NCBI GenBank assembly: GCA_009914755.4
Contig: CP068257.2
Coordinates: 37,216,001-37,280,000 of the forward strand
Direction: 5' to 3'
DNA: 64,000 bases
Source: the human T2T-CHM13v2.0 reference genome, Homo sapiens
In this document: positions 63,801-64,000 of the stretch, piece by piece
Layout: each line of letters starts with the position of its first letter
How positions within the stretch are numbered: position 1 is the stretch's first letter
Notes under the pieces: model-generated
Databases searched by the model: none
The model's input: only the letters and a program-made list of their open reading frames with translations
Told to the model about the DNA's origin: nothing
Program-made: the position numbers and the translations under genes

Positions 63801-64000
63801 AAATTAAACTGAGCTGAGAACAAAAGTGATAGGAGATTATGATATTCTACCTTGCAAAATATAATTTAAAATCTTAAAATTAAGCACACTTTTCTGGGCA
63901 TGTTACCAAAATTGACATAAGAGAAAAATTTAAATGTGAATATATTACTAGCCACAAAAGAAATTTAAAATACAATTAACATATGTCAAAAGTTTCTTTC

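Overview
This window is primate (human-type) nuclear DNA, not a prokaryotic or viral locus, so I find no operon, defence island, CRISPR array or similar system. The evidence is at least 11 Alu elements with Pol-III A/B box, A-rich tails and, for five of them, target-site duplications; many L1 fragments on both strands; MaLR solo LTRs of MLT1 and THE1 type; MIR fragments; and microsatellites at retroelement tails. The sequence is AT-rich and L1-dense, typical of gene-poor intronic or intergenic DNA. I see no protein-coding exon I can support. Almost all ORFs in the six-frame track are translations of Alu, L1, poly-A tails or microsatellites.

The structures I would look at again are:
- A roughly 3-4 kb segment present twice, about 22.5 kb apart and about 80-88% identical by eye (copy A ~2540-6450, copy B ~25130-28130). 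It carries a Lys/Glu-rich coiled-coil-like ORF, intact in copy A and partly kept in copy B, and each copy has its own later insertions.
- An LTR-retrotransposon-like insertion (~51477-58285) bounded by two ~540 bp direct repeats, each with an AATAAA, which cleanly splits an antisense L1.
- Several dateable nested insertions: a near-consensus AluY with a perfect 13-bp target-site duplication, Alus inside L1, and a THE1 LTR inside an Alu.
- A short minus-strand ORF (39176-39493) with weak similarity to the LC8 dynein-light-chain beta-strand motif, possibly a degraded processed pseudogene.

Family and subfamily names are from memory of consensus sequences. Coordinates are by eye and accurate to about +/-10 bp unless a target-site duplication is given.
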